Below are positions 39,208 to 49,660 of a DNA stretch of 64,000 nt, piece by piece. The translations under genes and the position numbers were made by a program. Below the pieces are notes generated by a model that had not been told where the DNA came from, did no database searches, and was given only the letters and a program-made list of their open reading frames with translations. Numbering within the stretch: position 1 is the first letter of the stretch; every line of letters starts with the position of its first letter. Location of the stretch: the NCBI GenBank assembly GCA_043719475.1, contig JAYSTS010000293.1, positions 5,140-69,139 on the forward strand, written 5' to 3'. The stretch is from Gammaproteobacteria bacterium (lineage in GTDB: Bacteria; Pseudomonadota; Gammaproteobacteria; Pseudomonadales; Azotimanducaceae).

Positions 39208-40686
39208 ATGGACTTCCGTGCGAACGCACTAAGAATGGTCGCCGGCACAGTCGTTGCTCAATCCATCCCGATACTGGCGTCGCCACTATTGTCCCGCTTG
39301 TACGGACCGGAAGCATTCGGCCTGCAGTTTCTGTTCATGAGCCTGGCAGCAGCACTTGCAGTTATCGCCACCTGTCGTCTGGATCTGGCAATGGTGTTGG
39401 CAGCCGACGACGAGGAGGCCAACGCCCTCGCGGGCCTTATCGTCTTGCTGACGACATCAATCTGTGGCTTGCAGTTCATCGTTCTTGCATTCCTTTCTCC
39501 TCGATTGGCCGCCATCACGGGGTCTGCCGAAACAACCGAGTGGATCTGGATGCTGCCGACCATCGTACTGGCAATTTCCATCTTCCAGGTGTCGAGTGCC
39601 TTTGCTAGCCGGCGTAACAGATTCGCACCGATAGCCTGGGCGAATTCGGCCAATCAGGGGGCCTATGCTGCATCGGCGATCGTCAGTGGGATACTCACCT
39701 CCTTCGAGAATGGTCTCGTAGCGGCCAAACTCGGCGGGCAGGCAATTGGAGCGATGATCATTGCAGGGTCTGTCCGTTCGGACTGGCGAAGGCTGGATAT
39801 CGCTGAAGCCACTCGTCTCGGACGTTACCTGATAGTCAAGAACGCCCAGTATATAACCTACAACACACCGTACAGCCTTTCTGGCAGCTTGATACGCGAT
39901 GCTCCGTTGTTCCTGCTTTCCTTCCAGGCGTCTACCACACTCACAGGATATTTCGCGCTGGCCCGCATGGTAACGATGACCCCTGCCTTGCTTGCCTCAA
40001 GCAGCCTGAGCCTTGTTTTCTTTCGAGAAGCTGCACTGCATCGCGGTACGCCCTATTTACAGCGACTGACAACGCGACTCCTGCGCAGCGGCGCCATTGC
40101 CACCGCGCCAACATTCGCTTGCCTCGCGATATGGGGCGATGTGTTGTTCGCAGCGGTCTTTGGTGAGCGATGGACCACCGCAGGACAGGTCGCCATGCTG
40201 CTTGCGCCGGCTGCGTGGTGGGCAATACAGACGGCTTGGCCGGAGCGTCTTTTCGAAGTGCATGCTCGCCAGGGCAAATCACTGACTGTGCAACTGACTG
40301 CCGATGTCATCACAGCGATGGCATTTTTTTCTACGTTATTGGCGACCGGCAATCCGGTACTGGCCATCTCGGTATTCGCAGTGTGCAATCTCATCTACCA
40401 GCACGTTTACCTGGCGACAGTCTTCAACATCAGCGGTTTTCAGGCTCGGAGCATGTGGACTCTTTTTCGCGACGCTTGGTTTGCATTCACCGCAGCCTTG
40501 GTCTTGCTCGCGATGCTACGATACCTCCTTACCGACAGCCTGCTCGTCGCCGCCGCTGCCGCCATGGCCTCACTCACTGCCACCGCTCTATTGTTGTACC
40601 GTGTCTACCTTTCTCTGGAGGAGGAGAAACCAGAGTCGAACTTCTTTCCCAAAGTGGACACCGCGACTCCTGGTGAGCCCAACTAG
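39208..40686 (+). CDS. wzx: oligosaccharide flippase (Wzx / polysaccharide biosynthesis MOP family)
   Basis: 492 aa with about 12-14 TM segments. The N-terminus (VAGTVVAQSIPILASPLLSRLYGPEAFG) is typical of Wzx-type flippases. Confidence 0.75.
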   Translation: MDFRANALRMVAGTVVAQSIPILASPLLSRLYGPEAFGLQFLFMSLAAALAVIATCRLDLAMVLAADDEEANALAGLIVLLTTSICGLQFIVLAFLSPRLAAITGSAETTEWIWMLPTIVLAISIFQVSSAFASRRNRFAPIAWANSANQGAYAASAIVSGILTSFENGLVAAKLGGQAIGAMIIAGSVRSDWRRLDIAEATRLGRYLIVKNAQYITYNTPYSLSGSLIRDAPLFLLSFQASTTLTGYFALARMVTMTPALLASSSLSLVFFREAALHRGTPYLQRLTTRLLRSGAIATAPTFACLAIWGDVLFAAVFGERWTTAGQVAMLLAPAAWWAIQTAWPERLFEVHARQGKSLTVQLTADVITAMAFFSTLLATGNPVLAISVFAVCNLIYQHVYLATVFNISGFQARSMWTLFRDAWFAFTAALVLLAMLRYLLTDSLLVAAAAAMASLTATALLLYRVYLSLEEEKPESNFFPKVDTATPGEPN

Positions 40687-40924
40687 TTGGCAAGCTTGTT
40701 ATCCTGCACACTGCCTTCGCCAGCCGTCACAACATCCTTTTATGGGGTCGGCACGTCGGGCTCGATGTGCCGGTCGCAAGGAGAACTTTCGTGTCTGAAG
40801 ACGAACTGGATTTGATGCTATACCGCAATCGCGGAGATTGTGCTGCGACTGTTTTCCTGATGAAGGATGGCCCTGCCAACAATCGCATGTTCGTAAACCT
40901 GTGAAACCAGGACAATTCCACTCC

Positions 40925-42073
40925 ATGCCACGACATGCCGACAGATACAGCATCCGCAATGAGCGACAGTGTGTGCGATGCGTCATGGACTCATCCGATC
41001 CGATCATCACGTTCGACGCCATTGGCCAGTGCAACCATTGCACGAGTTGGTTCGCGCGCATGACAGAAGAGGTTCCTGACACCGCGAAGGCGGCTGGAGA
41101 ACTGCAGAGAATCGTCGAACGCATACAAGCAGAGGGCCGCAGGCAAGAGTATGACTGTGTCGCAGGTGTAAGCGGTGGCGTGGACAGTACCTACATCATC
41201 TATCAATTGCGACGGCTCGGTCTTCGGCCTCTGGCTGTACATTTTGACAACGGGTGGAACTCCGAACTTGCGGTTGCCAACATCAAGTCGGTCTTGGACC
41301 GCTTGGGCGTCGACCTTCATACTGAGGTGGTCGATTGGGAGGAGTTCCGCGGTCTGCAGCTCGCTTTTCTCAAGGCTTCTGTACCGAACAGCGAGATACC
41401 GACAGACCACGCCATTACCGCAACCCTGGTTACGACGGCAGAGAAAATCGGCACCCGTTTCGTCATCAATGGCAGCAACGTGATGACGGAAGGGATTCTC
41501 CCGATTGCCTGGGTTTACTACAGCCACGACCTACATCATCTAATGGCCATCCACCGACGGTTCGGAACCGGTCCACTTCGAACTTATCCACAGCTTACTC
41601 TACGGTCGTTCGCGAGTCGAATAGCTTCAGGTCGATACCGAATGGTCAATCTGCTCAACTATCTCGACTACAACCGGGCAGAAGCGATGCGTATCCTTAC
41701 GAAGGAAGCCGACTGGCGTGACTACGGTGGCAAGCACTTCGAGTCCATATACACGCGTTGGTATCAAGGTTACTACCTGATCGCCAAATTCGGCTTCGAC
41801 AAGCGCAAGGCGCACCTCTCGGCGCTGGTCTGTGCACAGCAGATCCCCCGCGAAGAGGCTCTGGACGAGCTCTCCCGTTCCCCCTACGAAGGACACGATC
41901 TGGATGCTGATACGGATTTCGTAGTTCGAAAGCTCGGCATCAGCCACGCATATCTGGCTGAGTTGATCGCGGCGCCGAACCGGAAACACACTGATTATCC
42001 GAACAGCGCCTATCTGATCGAGGGCTTGGCTGGACTTCGTCACTTCCTCCGTCGCACAGCCAAGCAAGTCTGA
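40925..42073 (+). CDS. N-acetyl sugar amidotransferase (WbpG/WbuX type), paralog 1
   Basis: CVRCVMDSSDPIITFDAIGQCNHC zinc-ribbon N-terminus, PP-loop SGGVDS and HFDNGWNSELA. The start is uncertain (40838 or 40925). Confidence 0.85.
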   Translation: MPRHADRYSIRNERQCVRCVMDSSDPIITFDAIGQCNHCTSWFARMTEEVPDTAKAAGELQRIVERIQAEGRRQEYDCVAGVSGGVDSTYIIYQLRRLGLRPLAVHFDNGWNSELAVANIKSVLDRLGVDLHTEVVDWEEFRGLQLAFLKASVPNSEIPTDHAITATLVTTAEKIGTRFVINGSNVMTEGILPIAWVYYSHDLHHLMAIHRRFGTGPLRTYPQLTLRSFASRIASGRYRMVNLLNYLDYNRAEAMRILTKEADWRDYGGKHFESIYTRWYQGYYLIAKFGFDKRKAHLSALVCAQQIPREEALDELSRSPYEGHDLDADTDFVVRKLGISHAYLAELIAAPNRKHTDYPNSAYLIEGLAGLRHFLRRTAKQV

Positions 42074-42080
42074 AAACGCG

Positions 42081-43217
42081 ATGCTTAACGCTCATGTTTA
42101 TCCTTCGACGCTGGAACACGAAAGCCGAATGCTGCGCATCACCGATGCGTTGGCGCAAAGCGGACAATTTTCGGCGATCGAGATGGTCGGCATCAGCGGT
42201 GATGGATTGTCCGAACGAGAACTGCTTGATTCGAAACGGCAGATCGTCAGGCTCCTTCCAGTCTGGACAACAAAGAGCAAATCCGGTTGGTCAAAAGTGA
42301 TGCGTCTGACGGAGTGGTCGCTCCGTGTTTACCTGTACTTCCGGAATCGACCCGTCGTCTGCGTGAACGCACACAGTCTCGCCGCATTACCAGTTTGTGC
42401 CGCCATCAGTCGTCGGCACAACGCGCTGTTGATCTACGATCCGCATGAACTGGAAACCGAAAGTATTGCCAGCCTTGGTGTGAGAAAGGTGTTCGCAAAA
42501 ATTGTGGAGCGATTGCTGGTCCATCGCTGCGACGCAGTTTTCGTCGTTAGCGATTCCATTGCGGACTGGTATGAAGCCAGATATGGGATAGCTCGACCAG
42601 TTGTGATCCGCAATTTTACCGGATCGCAGGCAACCACCTCTGGTGACAGGGAACAGTTGCGATCACGTCTGCGACTTCGTAGTGATGCCGTTACATTCAT
42701 CTATCAAGGAGCGATGATGCAAGGACGAGGCGTCGAGAGGCTGCTGCGCGTGTTCGCCAAATTGCCTCAACACGATCTTCTGATGCTGGGTGATGGCCCA
42801 CTCACTCCACTGATTGAAGGTGCCGCAGCAGATTTCCCTAACATCCAACAGCATCCGGCCGTCGAACCCGAAGTCGTGCTGGACTACACCCAGTGTGCGG
42901 ATGTCGGCCTCTGCCTGACTGAGCCGGTCTGCCTCTCGTACGTTTACTCACTACCGAACAAGCTCTTCGAGTATCTCGCAGCAGGTCTGCCCATCGTCAT
43001 CAGCGATCTTCCAGAGCAGGCTCGGTTCGTCTCTGCAAGATCATGTGGCTGGATCACACAGGCAGATGATGAAAGCCTTCTGAAGCTGTTGGCATCCATC
43101 ACGCACCAGACACTTGCGAAGTGTCGTCTTGCCGCGCTCCACACCGCAAGTGAGTGCAGCTGGTGCAACGAAGCGGAACGTATGCTGGACGTTTACCGGT
43201 CTTTAAGCCATGTCTGA
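42081..43217 (+). CDS. glycosyltransferase, GT4-like
   Basis: GT-B fold features and a C-terminal EX7E-like region (PNKLFEYLAAGLPIV). Confidence 0.72.
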   Translation: MLNAHVYPSTLEHESRMLRITDALAQSGQFSAIEMVGISGDGLSERELLDSKRQIVRLLPVWTTKSKSGWSKVMRLTEWSLRVYLYFRNRPVVCVNAHSLAALPVCAAISRRHNALLIYDPHELETESIASLGVRKVFAKIVERLLVHRCDAVFVVSDSIADWYEARYGIARPVVIRNFTGSQATTSGDREQLRSRLRLRSDAVTFIYQGAMMQGRGVERLLRVFAKLPQHDLLMLGDGPLTPLIEGAAADFPNIQQHPAVEPEVVLDYTQCADVGLCLTEPVCLSYVYSLPNKLFEYLAAGLPIVISDLPEQARFVSARSCGWITQADDESLLKLLASITHQTLAKCRLAALHTASECSWCNEAERMLDVYRSLSHV

Positions 43218-44451
43218 GCGCGGATCGATCTGGTACATCCATCCCTACGCCGGCGGTCCCGGAATCGGACGCTATGATCGGGCTTTCCACCTCTCACAGG
43301 AGTTCCGCAAACGAGGCTTCGAACCCGTTGTCATATGCCCATCGTTCCATCACCTGATGGATATGCCACAAGAGGCTGGAACGCGGTTGATTCAAGGCAT
43401 CCGCCATGAGTTCTTGCGCTGTCCAGCCTATAGCGGAAACGGTATTGGTCGCGTACTTAATATGGCCGCTTTCACGATCCAGCTACTACTGCAGGCAGGA
43501 CGTATTGCGCAGTCGACCTCGAAACCGGCCGCGATCGTTGCAAGCTCCCCCCATCCCTACGCTTATCTGGCTGCCCGGCAACTCGCCACTCGTTTTGGTT
43601 CGAGATGCATATTCGAGGTTAGGGATCTATGGCCATTAAGCCTGATTGAACTAGCCGGGGCATCGCCTACTCATCCGCTGGTCCGATTAACCGCTTGGAT
43701 CGAACGACGGGCCTACCTGACTGCTGACGCCGTGGTTTCGCTGTTGCCTTGCACCCGTGATTACATGCAGGAACGTGGCTTGCCACCCGAGCGGTGGCAC
43801 TACATTCCGAACGGAGTATCCGTCGATCGAGGCACTGCCGCAGGGCAGGATGCGGAGCTATTTCGGCAAGTACTCCAGTGGCGCGCAGAAGGATGCGTGA
43901 TCATCGTGTACGCCGGAGCTTTGGGAATGCCAAACCACGTCCACTCGTTAGTACACGCCTTGCGTCTACTCCCGCCGGGAGCCAAAGAGGTGCGGGCCGT
44001 CATTGTTGGACGGGGCGAAATGGCGACTGAGTTGAAGTTGCTGGCGTCCGATCCGGCTCTAAAAGGGTCCGTGTTGATCAGCGACCAAATTCCAAAGAGT
44101 GCAGTGCAATCGCTGCTGTCGCAGGCGGACATCGGCTATCTCTCTCTGCGACCGGAGCCCTTGTTCCGGTTCGGAATCAGTCCGAACAAGTTATTCGACT
44201 ACATGCTGGCGCGGTTACCCGTCATAGCGGCCGTACGAGCGGGTAACGATCCAGTGACAGAAACCGGTTGCGGGAGACAAGTCGATCCGGATGACGTGGT
44301 TGCCATAGCTAATGCAATTCGCTGGATTGCAGACCTCCCGGTAGCGGACCGCCAGGCGATGGGCGATCGCGGCTACCGTCACGTGCTCAGATCTCACGCG
44401 TACTCACGTCTGGCCACCGAATATCTCGAAATTTCCGGGCTGAATAGATGA
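43210..44451 (+). CDS. glycosyltransferase, GT4 (WbuB-like)
   Basis: IWYIHPYAGGPGIGRYDRAFHLSQEFRKRG N-terminus and PNKLFDYMLARLPVIA. 8-nt overlap with the upstream GT gene. Confidence 0.78.
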   Translation: MSERGSIWYIHPYAGGPGIGRYDRAFHLSQEFRKRGFEPVVICPSFHHLMDMPQEAGTRLIQGIRHEFLRCPAYSGNGIGRVLNMAAFTIQLLLQAGRIAQSTSKPAAIVASSPHPYAYLAARQLATRFGSRCIFEVRDLWPLSLIELAGASPTHPLVRLTAWIERRAYLTADAVVSLLPCTRDYMQERGLPPERWHYIPNGVSVDRGTAAGQDAELFRQVLQWRAEGCVIIVYAGALGMPNHVHSLVHALRLLPPGAKEVRAVIVGRGEMATELKLLASDPALKGSVLISDQIPKSAVQSLLSQADIGYLSLRPEPLFRFGISPNKLFDYMLARLPVIAAVRAGNDPVTETGCGRQVDPDDVVAIANAIRWIADLPVADRQAMGDRGYRHVLRSHAYSRLATEYLEISGLNR

Positions 44452-45392
44452 AGGTTGCAATCACCGGCGCCAATGGCTACATCGGGGGTGTATTGACCCA
44501 TCATTGCCTTGGCCAGGATGTCGAGGTTATCGCCTGTTCCAGGACGCCACCAGCCAGTTTGATCGGCACCGGAAATGGGCAACTGACCGCTCACCACTCC
44601 ATCGACGGAATCCCGGATCCTGACGCCATCAAAGGTTGTAGCGCAATCGTGCATCTCGCCGGTCGAGCACACAATTTCAACGCTCCGGATGCTGATGCAG
44701 CACTGTTTGACTGGAGTAATCACCAACTGGCAGTGAAGACTGCGGAGTCTGCCATTCGCGCGGGCGTCCAACGCTTCATTCAGGTCAGCACATTAAGCGT
44801 TCACGGCAACTGGTCCGAGACTCCGGTCGACGAAAACTCTGCGCTCCAGGCAACAACACCCTATGCGCTTTCCAAAATGGCTGCGGAGGTGTCTTTGGCG
44901 GCCCTGTGCCAAACGGCGGGTATGGAGCTCTGCATAGTCCGCCCGCCTCTTGTGTATGGGCGCGGTTGTCCGGGGAACTTTGTCAGGCTGATACGGTTGA
45001 TCCAATCAGGATTACCGCTTCCATTGCGGTCTGTAGATGCGCATAGATCCTTTATTTACGTCGAGAACCTGGCGGACTTCTTGCGTCATTGTATCGATCG
45101 ACCGCAATTGACTGGCCAATCGAAATTCGTGATCGGGGACGGCTCGGACTGGTCAATGCCTGAATTGGTTCGCGCTGCGGCGAGAGCGCTGGGCATCCCC
45201 GCTCGCCTCGTCCCGTTTCCACCAGCGATCCTGCAGCAGGGCGGTTCTCTTATGGGAAGACGTCGCGAAATCGACAGCATTACGCGATCCTTGCTCGTGA
45301 ACTGGTCTCGAGCCAGAACAGAATGCCACTGGGCACCGGTGATTGACCCCACACAAGCGTTCAGTCAGACGATGGCATCCTTCCGGGAATGA
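44448..45392 (+). CDS. NAD-dependent epimerase/dehydratase (SDR) family protein
   Basis: MKVAITGANGYIGG glycine-rich loop and YALSK (YxxxK) catalytic motif. ATGA overlap with the upstream gene. Confidence 0.8.
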   Translation: MKVAITGANGYIGGVLTHHCLGQDVEVIACSRTPPASLIGTGNGQLTAHHSIDGIPDPDAIKGCSAIVHLAGRAHNFNAPDADAALFDWSNHQLAVKTAESAIRAGVQRFIQVSTLSVHGNWSETPVDENSALQATTPYALSKMAAEVSLAALCQTAGMELCIVRPPLVYGRGCPGNFVRLIRLIQSGLPLPLRSVDAHRSFIYVENLADFLRHCIDRPQLTGQSKFVIGDGSDWSMPELVRAAARALGIPARLVPFPPAILQQGGSLMGRRREIDSITRSLLVNWSRARTECHWAPVIDPTQAFSQTMASFRE

Positions 45393-45401
45393 CAGCCTGT
45401 C

Positions 45402-46403
45402 TCAGCTGCCAGGACTCTGCAGGCGAGAGATGTGTCGATGCATGAGCGGTGGATTGAGGTGTTTATTTTCCTCGTAGTCGAACCACATCGCGAATCCGAG
45501 GGAGTTGAAACCAATCGAGAACGAGAACAGCCAACTGAGGAAGGTAACCTCCGGTACTTGTCCTAGATCAATCCACAACATGATGAGCCGCAGAAACATC
45601 AGTAGGCTTAAAGCCATGCCGAAGAAGCCAAACGCGTAAAAAAACACCAGTGGATGAAAATTGCGGATGATGTACTTTTCTTTCAGCCGCCAGAAAAACA
45701 ATCGAATCAGCAGAGCGCCAATCGAGAAAACGACCTTTCGCACCTTGATGCCGGACTGCTCACCGACGTCGTAAACCGGCTCAATGGGGACATCCATCAC
45801 ACGCATGCCAGCCACATTGAGCTTCACTAGCAAATCGTTCGGCTGCCCATACCGCTTGTACATGTTGTCCCAGTCAATCGTCTGGAGCGCGGTGCGATTG
45901 ATGGCGGTGTAACCAGTCTGCGAGTCCGCAACCCGCCAGTATCCGGAGGCGATCTTCGTCAGTAGTGAGAGAATCGAATTGCCAACAAACCGTATAGTCG
46001 GGATTTTCTTGTATGCATCACCAGTGACAAGACGATTACCTTTGGTGTAGTCGGTGCGGTCCTCGACGACTGGGTCGAGTATGGCCGGGAGGTCAGCGGG
46101 ATTCATCTGTCCATCGCCCGCCATGACAACGGCAATGTCGTAACCCTGATCTCGAGCCCACTTGTAGCCTGTAGCAATCGCTCCGCCAACTCCCTGGTTG
46201 ACCTCGTGTTCGATCAGGTGAACACGACCGTTCTGGTAGCCGGCACTGCTCCGCACTTCGTCAGAAGTTGCGTCCTTGCTGCAGTCATTGACGATGATGA
46301 TGGTGTCTACGACTTCCGGCATCGGATCAATGACAAGCCGTGCGACCTGTCCCACTTCGTTATAGGCGGGCACGACAACGGCAATTCTCTTTTCGCGGTA
46401 CAT
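45402..46403 (-). CDS. membrane-bound GT2, polyprenyl-phosphate glycosyltransferase-like (GtrB/ArnC/DPM1 type)
   Basis: IAVVVPAYNE, IIIVNDCSKD and DGDGQ-like (AGDGQMNP) motifs, followed by C-terminal TM helices. The start was trimmed to MYREKR. Confidence 0.78.
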   Translation of the reverse strand: MYREKRIAVVVPAYNEVGQVARLVIDPMPEVVDTIIIVNDCSKDATSDEVRSSAGYQNGRVHLIEHEVNQGVGGAIATGYKWARDQGYDIAVVMAGDGQMNPADLPAILDPVVEDRTDYTKGNRLVTGDAYKKIPTIRFVGNSILSLLTKIASGYWRVADSQTGYTAINRTALQTIDWDNMYKRYGQPNDLLVKLNVAGMRVMDVPIEPVYDVGEQSGIKVRKVVFSIGALLIRLFFWRLKEKYIIRNFHPLVFFYAFGFFGMALSLLMFLRLIMLWIDLGQVPEVTFLSWLFSFSIGFNSLGFAMWFDYEENKHLNPPLMHRHISRLQSPGS

Positions 46404-46596
46404 GATGGAATAGTCCGAAATCAGGGAGTCTAAGGCGGGGGGCATTGTCCATGCATGCAATCAACCCGTCCATCTTCATTGCCGATCTCGCAAGAGGCCA
46501 GCTCTCCAGATCAATGATAACCGTCGGTTCCAGGCGGAGAGAAGTTCAATTCGGCACTAAGTCCTCGTATAGATAACATGGAAGTCGGGACCAGCT

Positions 46597-48030
46597 TCAC
46601 TCGAATCTACTCTCTCCAATTGGAGCATAAACACCAATCCCGTGCTCACGCTGCCACCCGCACGATACCAATAGCTGGTCGATGGCCCTACGATCTGGTT
46701 TGCCCGAGCCAGTTCGAGGAACTGCGTTGACGATGATGTACTCGCGAGGCAGTGCATGTGAATCAAAGTTTGCGCGCGCCGCGGCGCGCAACGACGGAAG
46801 ATCGAAGAATGAGCCCGCGTTCGGGACTATCAACGCACCGCTGACGACCAGGCCATTACGTTGGCGTACTGGAATCACGAAGGCATCTGCCAGAAGGCCC
46901 GTTCTCAACAGAGTCTCTCGCACCGCCAGCCCGCTAACTTTGGTCCCCGACACCTTGAACACATCGTCACTTCGCCCTGCCAGGTACAGATAGCCACTCG
47001 AATCCAGCCATCCGATATCCCCTGTTGGAAAACGGCTGTGCACGGTGATGGACTCATGCTGTCCGACATAATCGATCATCAACGTGCGCCCACTGGCATG
47101 AACCTCACCGAACTCCCCCGATGCAACGGCATTACCAGCATCATCGAGCACCTCGACTGACAATCCATCAATGGCGCGACCGACTGATCCAGGAAGTTGA
47201 GGACGGTCATCCGGGTGGAGAGAGGTGAAACGACCTGCGACTTCGGTCAAGCCATAGAAGACATGCAAACGGACCTGCGGCAGATTCCGGGTAATGATAT
47301 CTCTGCTAGAGGCTGGCAGATCGTCGCCCGAAGTCATCAGCCATCCAAGCGAGCTCTCTCCCAACAGTCCTTCAGCAAGCCACCGCGCCTGTAGCGGAGC
47401 GCCGCCAAATCCTGTCGGAGAGACTTGCCGAACGCGACTAACCAGATCCTTTGCAAGCAGTGGCCTGCCTATGGCTGTGAAACGAGCACCTGACACCAGA
47501 CATGCAAGGAAATGGCAGATGGCACTGGTGAAGTGGAACGGAATGTTGATCATGAGATGATCGTCAGGTGTCATTCCCAGGCGTTTCACGCTTGCTTGGG
47601 CATTTTCGAGAAGTGCCTGAGACGTCAAGCGGACGCCTTTTCGAGCTCCAGTGGAGCCACTTGTCAGAAGCACAGTACTTTCCACACGCTGGTCCGGATC
47701 AAGGGCCGGATTATCCTTTGCAAGAAGAATCTGGATTTCATCAATCGCAGCCGCAGAAAGTCCCGGCTCCACGGGGCAACAAATCCCGCCACTTACCCAG
47801 GTAGCACACATTTCCAGGAAAAACTCAGCAGTCTCACTGGCAACGATGAGTCGCCTCTGCCCTGTCACGTCACCGTTCTTTCTCAAGCCATCGGCACGTT
47901 GGTTGACTTGGTAGACGAACGCTGATGGACTCAGCTTTTGAGAAGCATCATCGATCCACCAGCTATGAGTCGACTTCGCAAGTCTTGCAAGCAATTGGGT
48001 CAGCATGATTGCACTCGAGCCATCACTCAA
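46597..48030 (-). CDS. adenylate-forming (ANL) ligase, DltA-like size
   Basis: Core motifs LLTSGSTGARKGV (A3), FYGLTE (A5), TGDIGWLD (A7), GRSDDVFKVSGTKV (A8) and PRTGSGKPDR (A10). 8-nt overlap with the upstream MBOAT gene. Confidence 0.85.
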   Translation of the reverse strand: MSDGSSAIMLTQLLARLAKSTHSWWIDDASQKLSPSAFVYQVNQRADGLRKNGDVTGQRRLIVASETAEFFLEMCATWVSGGICCPVEPGLSAAAIDEIQILLAKDNPALDPDQRVESTVLLTSGSTGARKGVRLTSQALLENAQASVKRLGMTPDDHLMINIPFHFTSAICHFLACLVSGARFTAIGRPLLAKDLVSRVRQVSPTGFGGAPLQARWLAEGLLGESSLGWLMTSGDDLPASSRDIITRNLPQVRLHVFYGLTEVAGRFTSLHPDDRPQLPGSVGRAIDGLSVEVLDDAGNAVASGEFGEVHASGRTLMIDYVGQHESITVHSRFPTGDIGWLDSSGYLYLAGRSDDVFKVSGTKVSGLAVRETLLRTGLLADAFVIPVRQRNGLVVSGALIVPNAGSFFDLPSLRAAARANFDSHALPREYIIVNAVPRTGSGKPDRRAIDQLLVSCGWQREHGIGVYAPIGESRFE

Positions 48031-49657
48031 AAATTCTCACGGGGATCATCATGATTCCTTTCCAGAATCGAAAATACACTTCAATGGCGGTTTTCGGATC
48101 TTCAATCTGGGCAAACGCGTGTCCCGCAGCAACCCAGGTGAGTGTGCCTAAACGCGCTGGCAGAGAGAGCACCTGATTGCGCCAACCGCGTTGCCACGAC
48201 GAAGCCTGGTTTTTCGACGCCATCGACTTACGACGCCAGCGAACGAGCGAAGACTCTATCGCTACCAGCACCCCGTGGTGAACGGCCCAGAGCATCCACG
48301 ACAACCCGATGCTGTGCCACATCCCGACGCCCAACATCACCATCATCGATGCAATCGCTGGACGTCGGGTTGACAGAAGCAAAGGCATGAAGATGTTGCG
48401 CATGCACCATCCGGACACGCTCATGTGCCATCTGCGCCAATAGTCCATGACGCTCCGCGCGAGAAACGGAAAATTGAAGTTCTCGGGAGCAGACCAGCCC
48501 AACAACCGACTCAGACCAATCGCGATATCAGAGTAAGCAGAAAAGTCGATATAGACGTAGGCAAATGCAATGAACAGAAAGACCACAGCAGCCAAAGGAT
48601 CTGACTGATCCGAACCGAACACGGCAAGCGCAATACCTTCATCGGACCACAACAGCGGGAACAAGAGTGCATCAGCTATAACCAGCTTCTTGAATACCCC
48701 CCAGCCAACTCGTCGACTGCCAGAAACACATGCATCTACCGTTACGCGTTCGCTTCTTGCGCCCCGGAAGCGCTCGAGAGTATCGACGGGTCCAGCTGCG
48801 ATGGACGCAGGGAACAAGACAAAAAAGAGGAACTCTTCAAACGTCACGTCGCGTTGCTGGTTCCGGTACCAACGAATTTGCGTATCGACTACCCGAATCA
48901 CGATGTACGAAATGCCGAGCGGCAACAGGAGTTCGAAGCCTCCTGGATTGGCGAAGACATTTTCAATTCCAGTAGCCGCATACTTGGCCGCAAACAACAC
49001 TACTGCCGCCCCAGCCAGCGAAGCAGCAAGTTGTGTGAACTCTCCCGGTGGATATCGGGTTCCTAGGTAATGTAGTACGTACAGCAGCGCAACGATGGTC
49101 ACAGCAAATACAGGCTGCAACCAGGCCAATAAGCCAAGGGTCCCTGCGAGTAGAACGCGACGTTGCAGTATGGGCCTGCTCACGACAAGCCAACTGAGCG
49201 GAATCATCAGCACAATACCGATGAACAGTACGGACAGCCCCCCCGACGCTGCAGTCGTCCATTGATGACGAAGCACAACAGACTGAATTCCCTCAACGCG
49301 AACCGGATTTCGCGCGGTGATGTAGACCGTAGTCTTGTCCGGTACGCTTACCAGCAAGCGACACATCTTTGGTTCTGGTCGACATGTCGGCCAAGCACCA
49401 TTGACTCCGATCCGGATGCCTAAGTCCGCACTTGTGACGCCCTCGATGTCCAGCGCGAAAAGACGTGTCGCAGAAACAGACCGTAGTCGACCGACGAGCA
49501 CATCGCCTGTATCCAGTTGCAGCGGCCAGGTGATCGCTGAACTGTCATCAATAAGTTGGTATTCGACCTCAACCTTGTCACGCAGCACTAAAGCGAGGGC
49601 TAAAAAAACCAACCAGACGAGTATGCAGAGCAGCGTAGTTTTATTGGCAAGTTCCAA
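48023..49657 (-). CDS. MBOAT-family O-acyltransferase (DltB/AlgI-like) with N-terminal extension
   Basis: YWRRWHMSVSGWCMRNIFMPL and MWHSIGLSWMLWAVHHG contain the conserved MBOAT histidines. About 150 extra N-terminal residues follow one TM helix. Confidence 0.85.
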   Translation of the reverse strand: MELANKTTLLCILVWLVFLALALVLRDKVEVEYQLIDDSSAITWPLQLDTGDVLVGRLRSVSATRLFALDIEGVTSADLGIRIGVNGAWPTCRPEPKMCRLLVSVPDKTTVYITARNPVRVEGIQSVVLRHQWTTAASGGLSVLFIGIVLMIPLSWLVVSRPILQRRVLLAGTLGLLAWLQPVFAVTIVALLYVLHYLGTRYPPGEFTQLAASLAGAAVVLFAAKYAATGIENVFANPGGFELLLPLGISYIVIRVVDTQIRWYRNQQRDVTFEEFLFFVLFPASIAAGPVDTLERFRGARSERVTVDACVSGSRRVGWGVFKKLVIADALLFPLLWSDEGIALAVFGSDQSDPLAAVVFLFIAFAYVYIDFSAYSDIAIGLSRLLGWSAPENFNFPFLARSVMDYWRRWHMSVSGWCMRNIFMPLLLSTRRPAIASMMVMLGVGMWHSIGLSWMLWAVHHGVLVAIESSLVRWRRKSMASKNQASSWQRGWRNQVLSLPARLGTLTWVAAGHAFAQIEDPKTAIEVYFRFWKGIMMIPVRIFE

Positions 49658-49660
49658 TGG

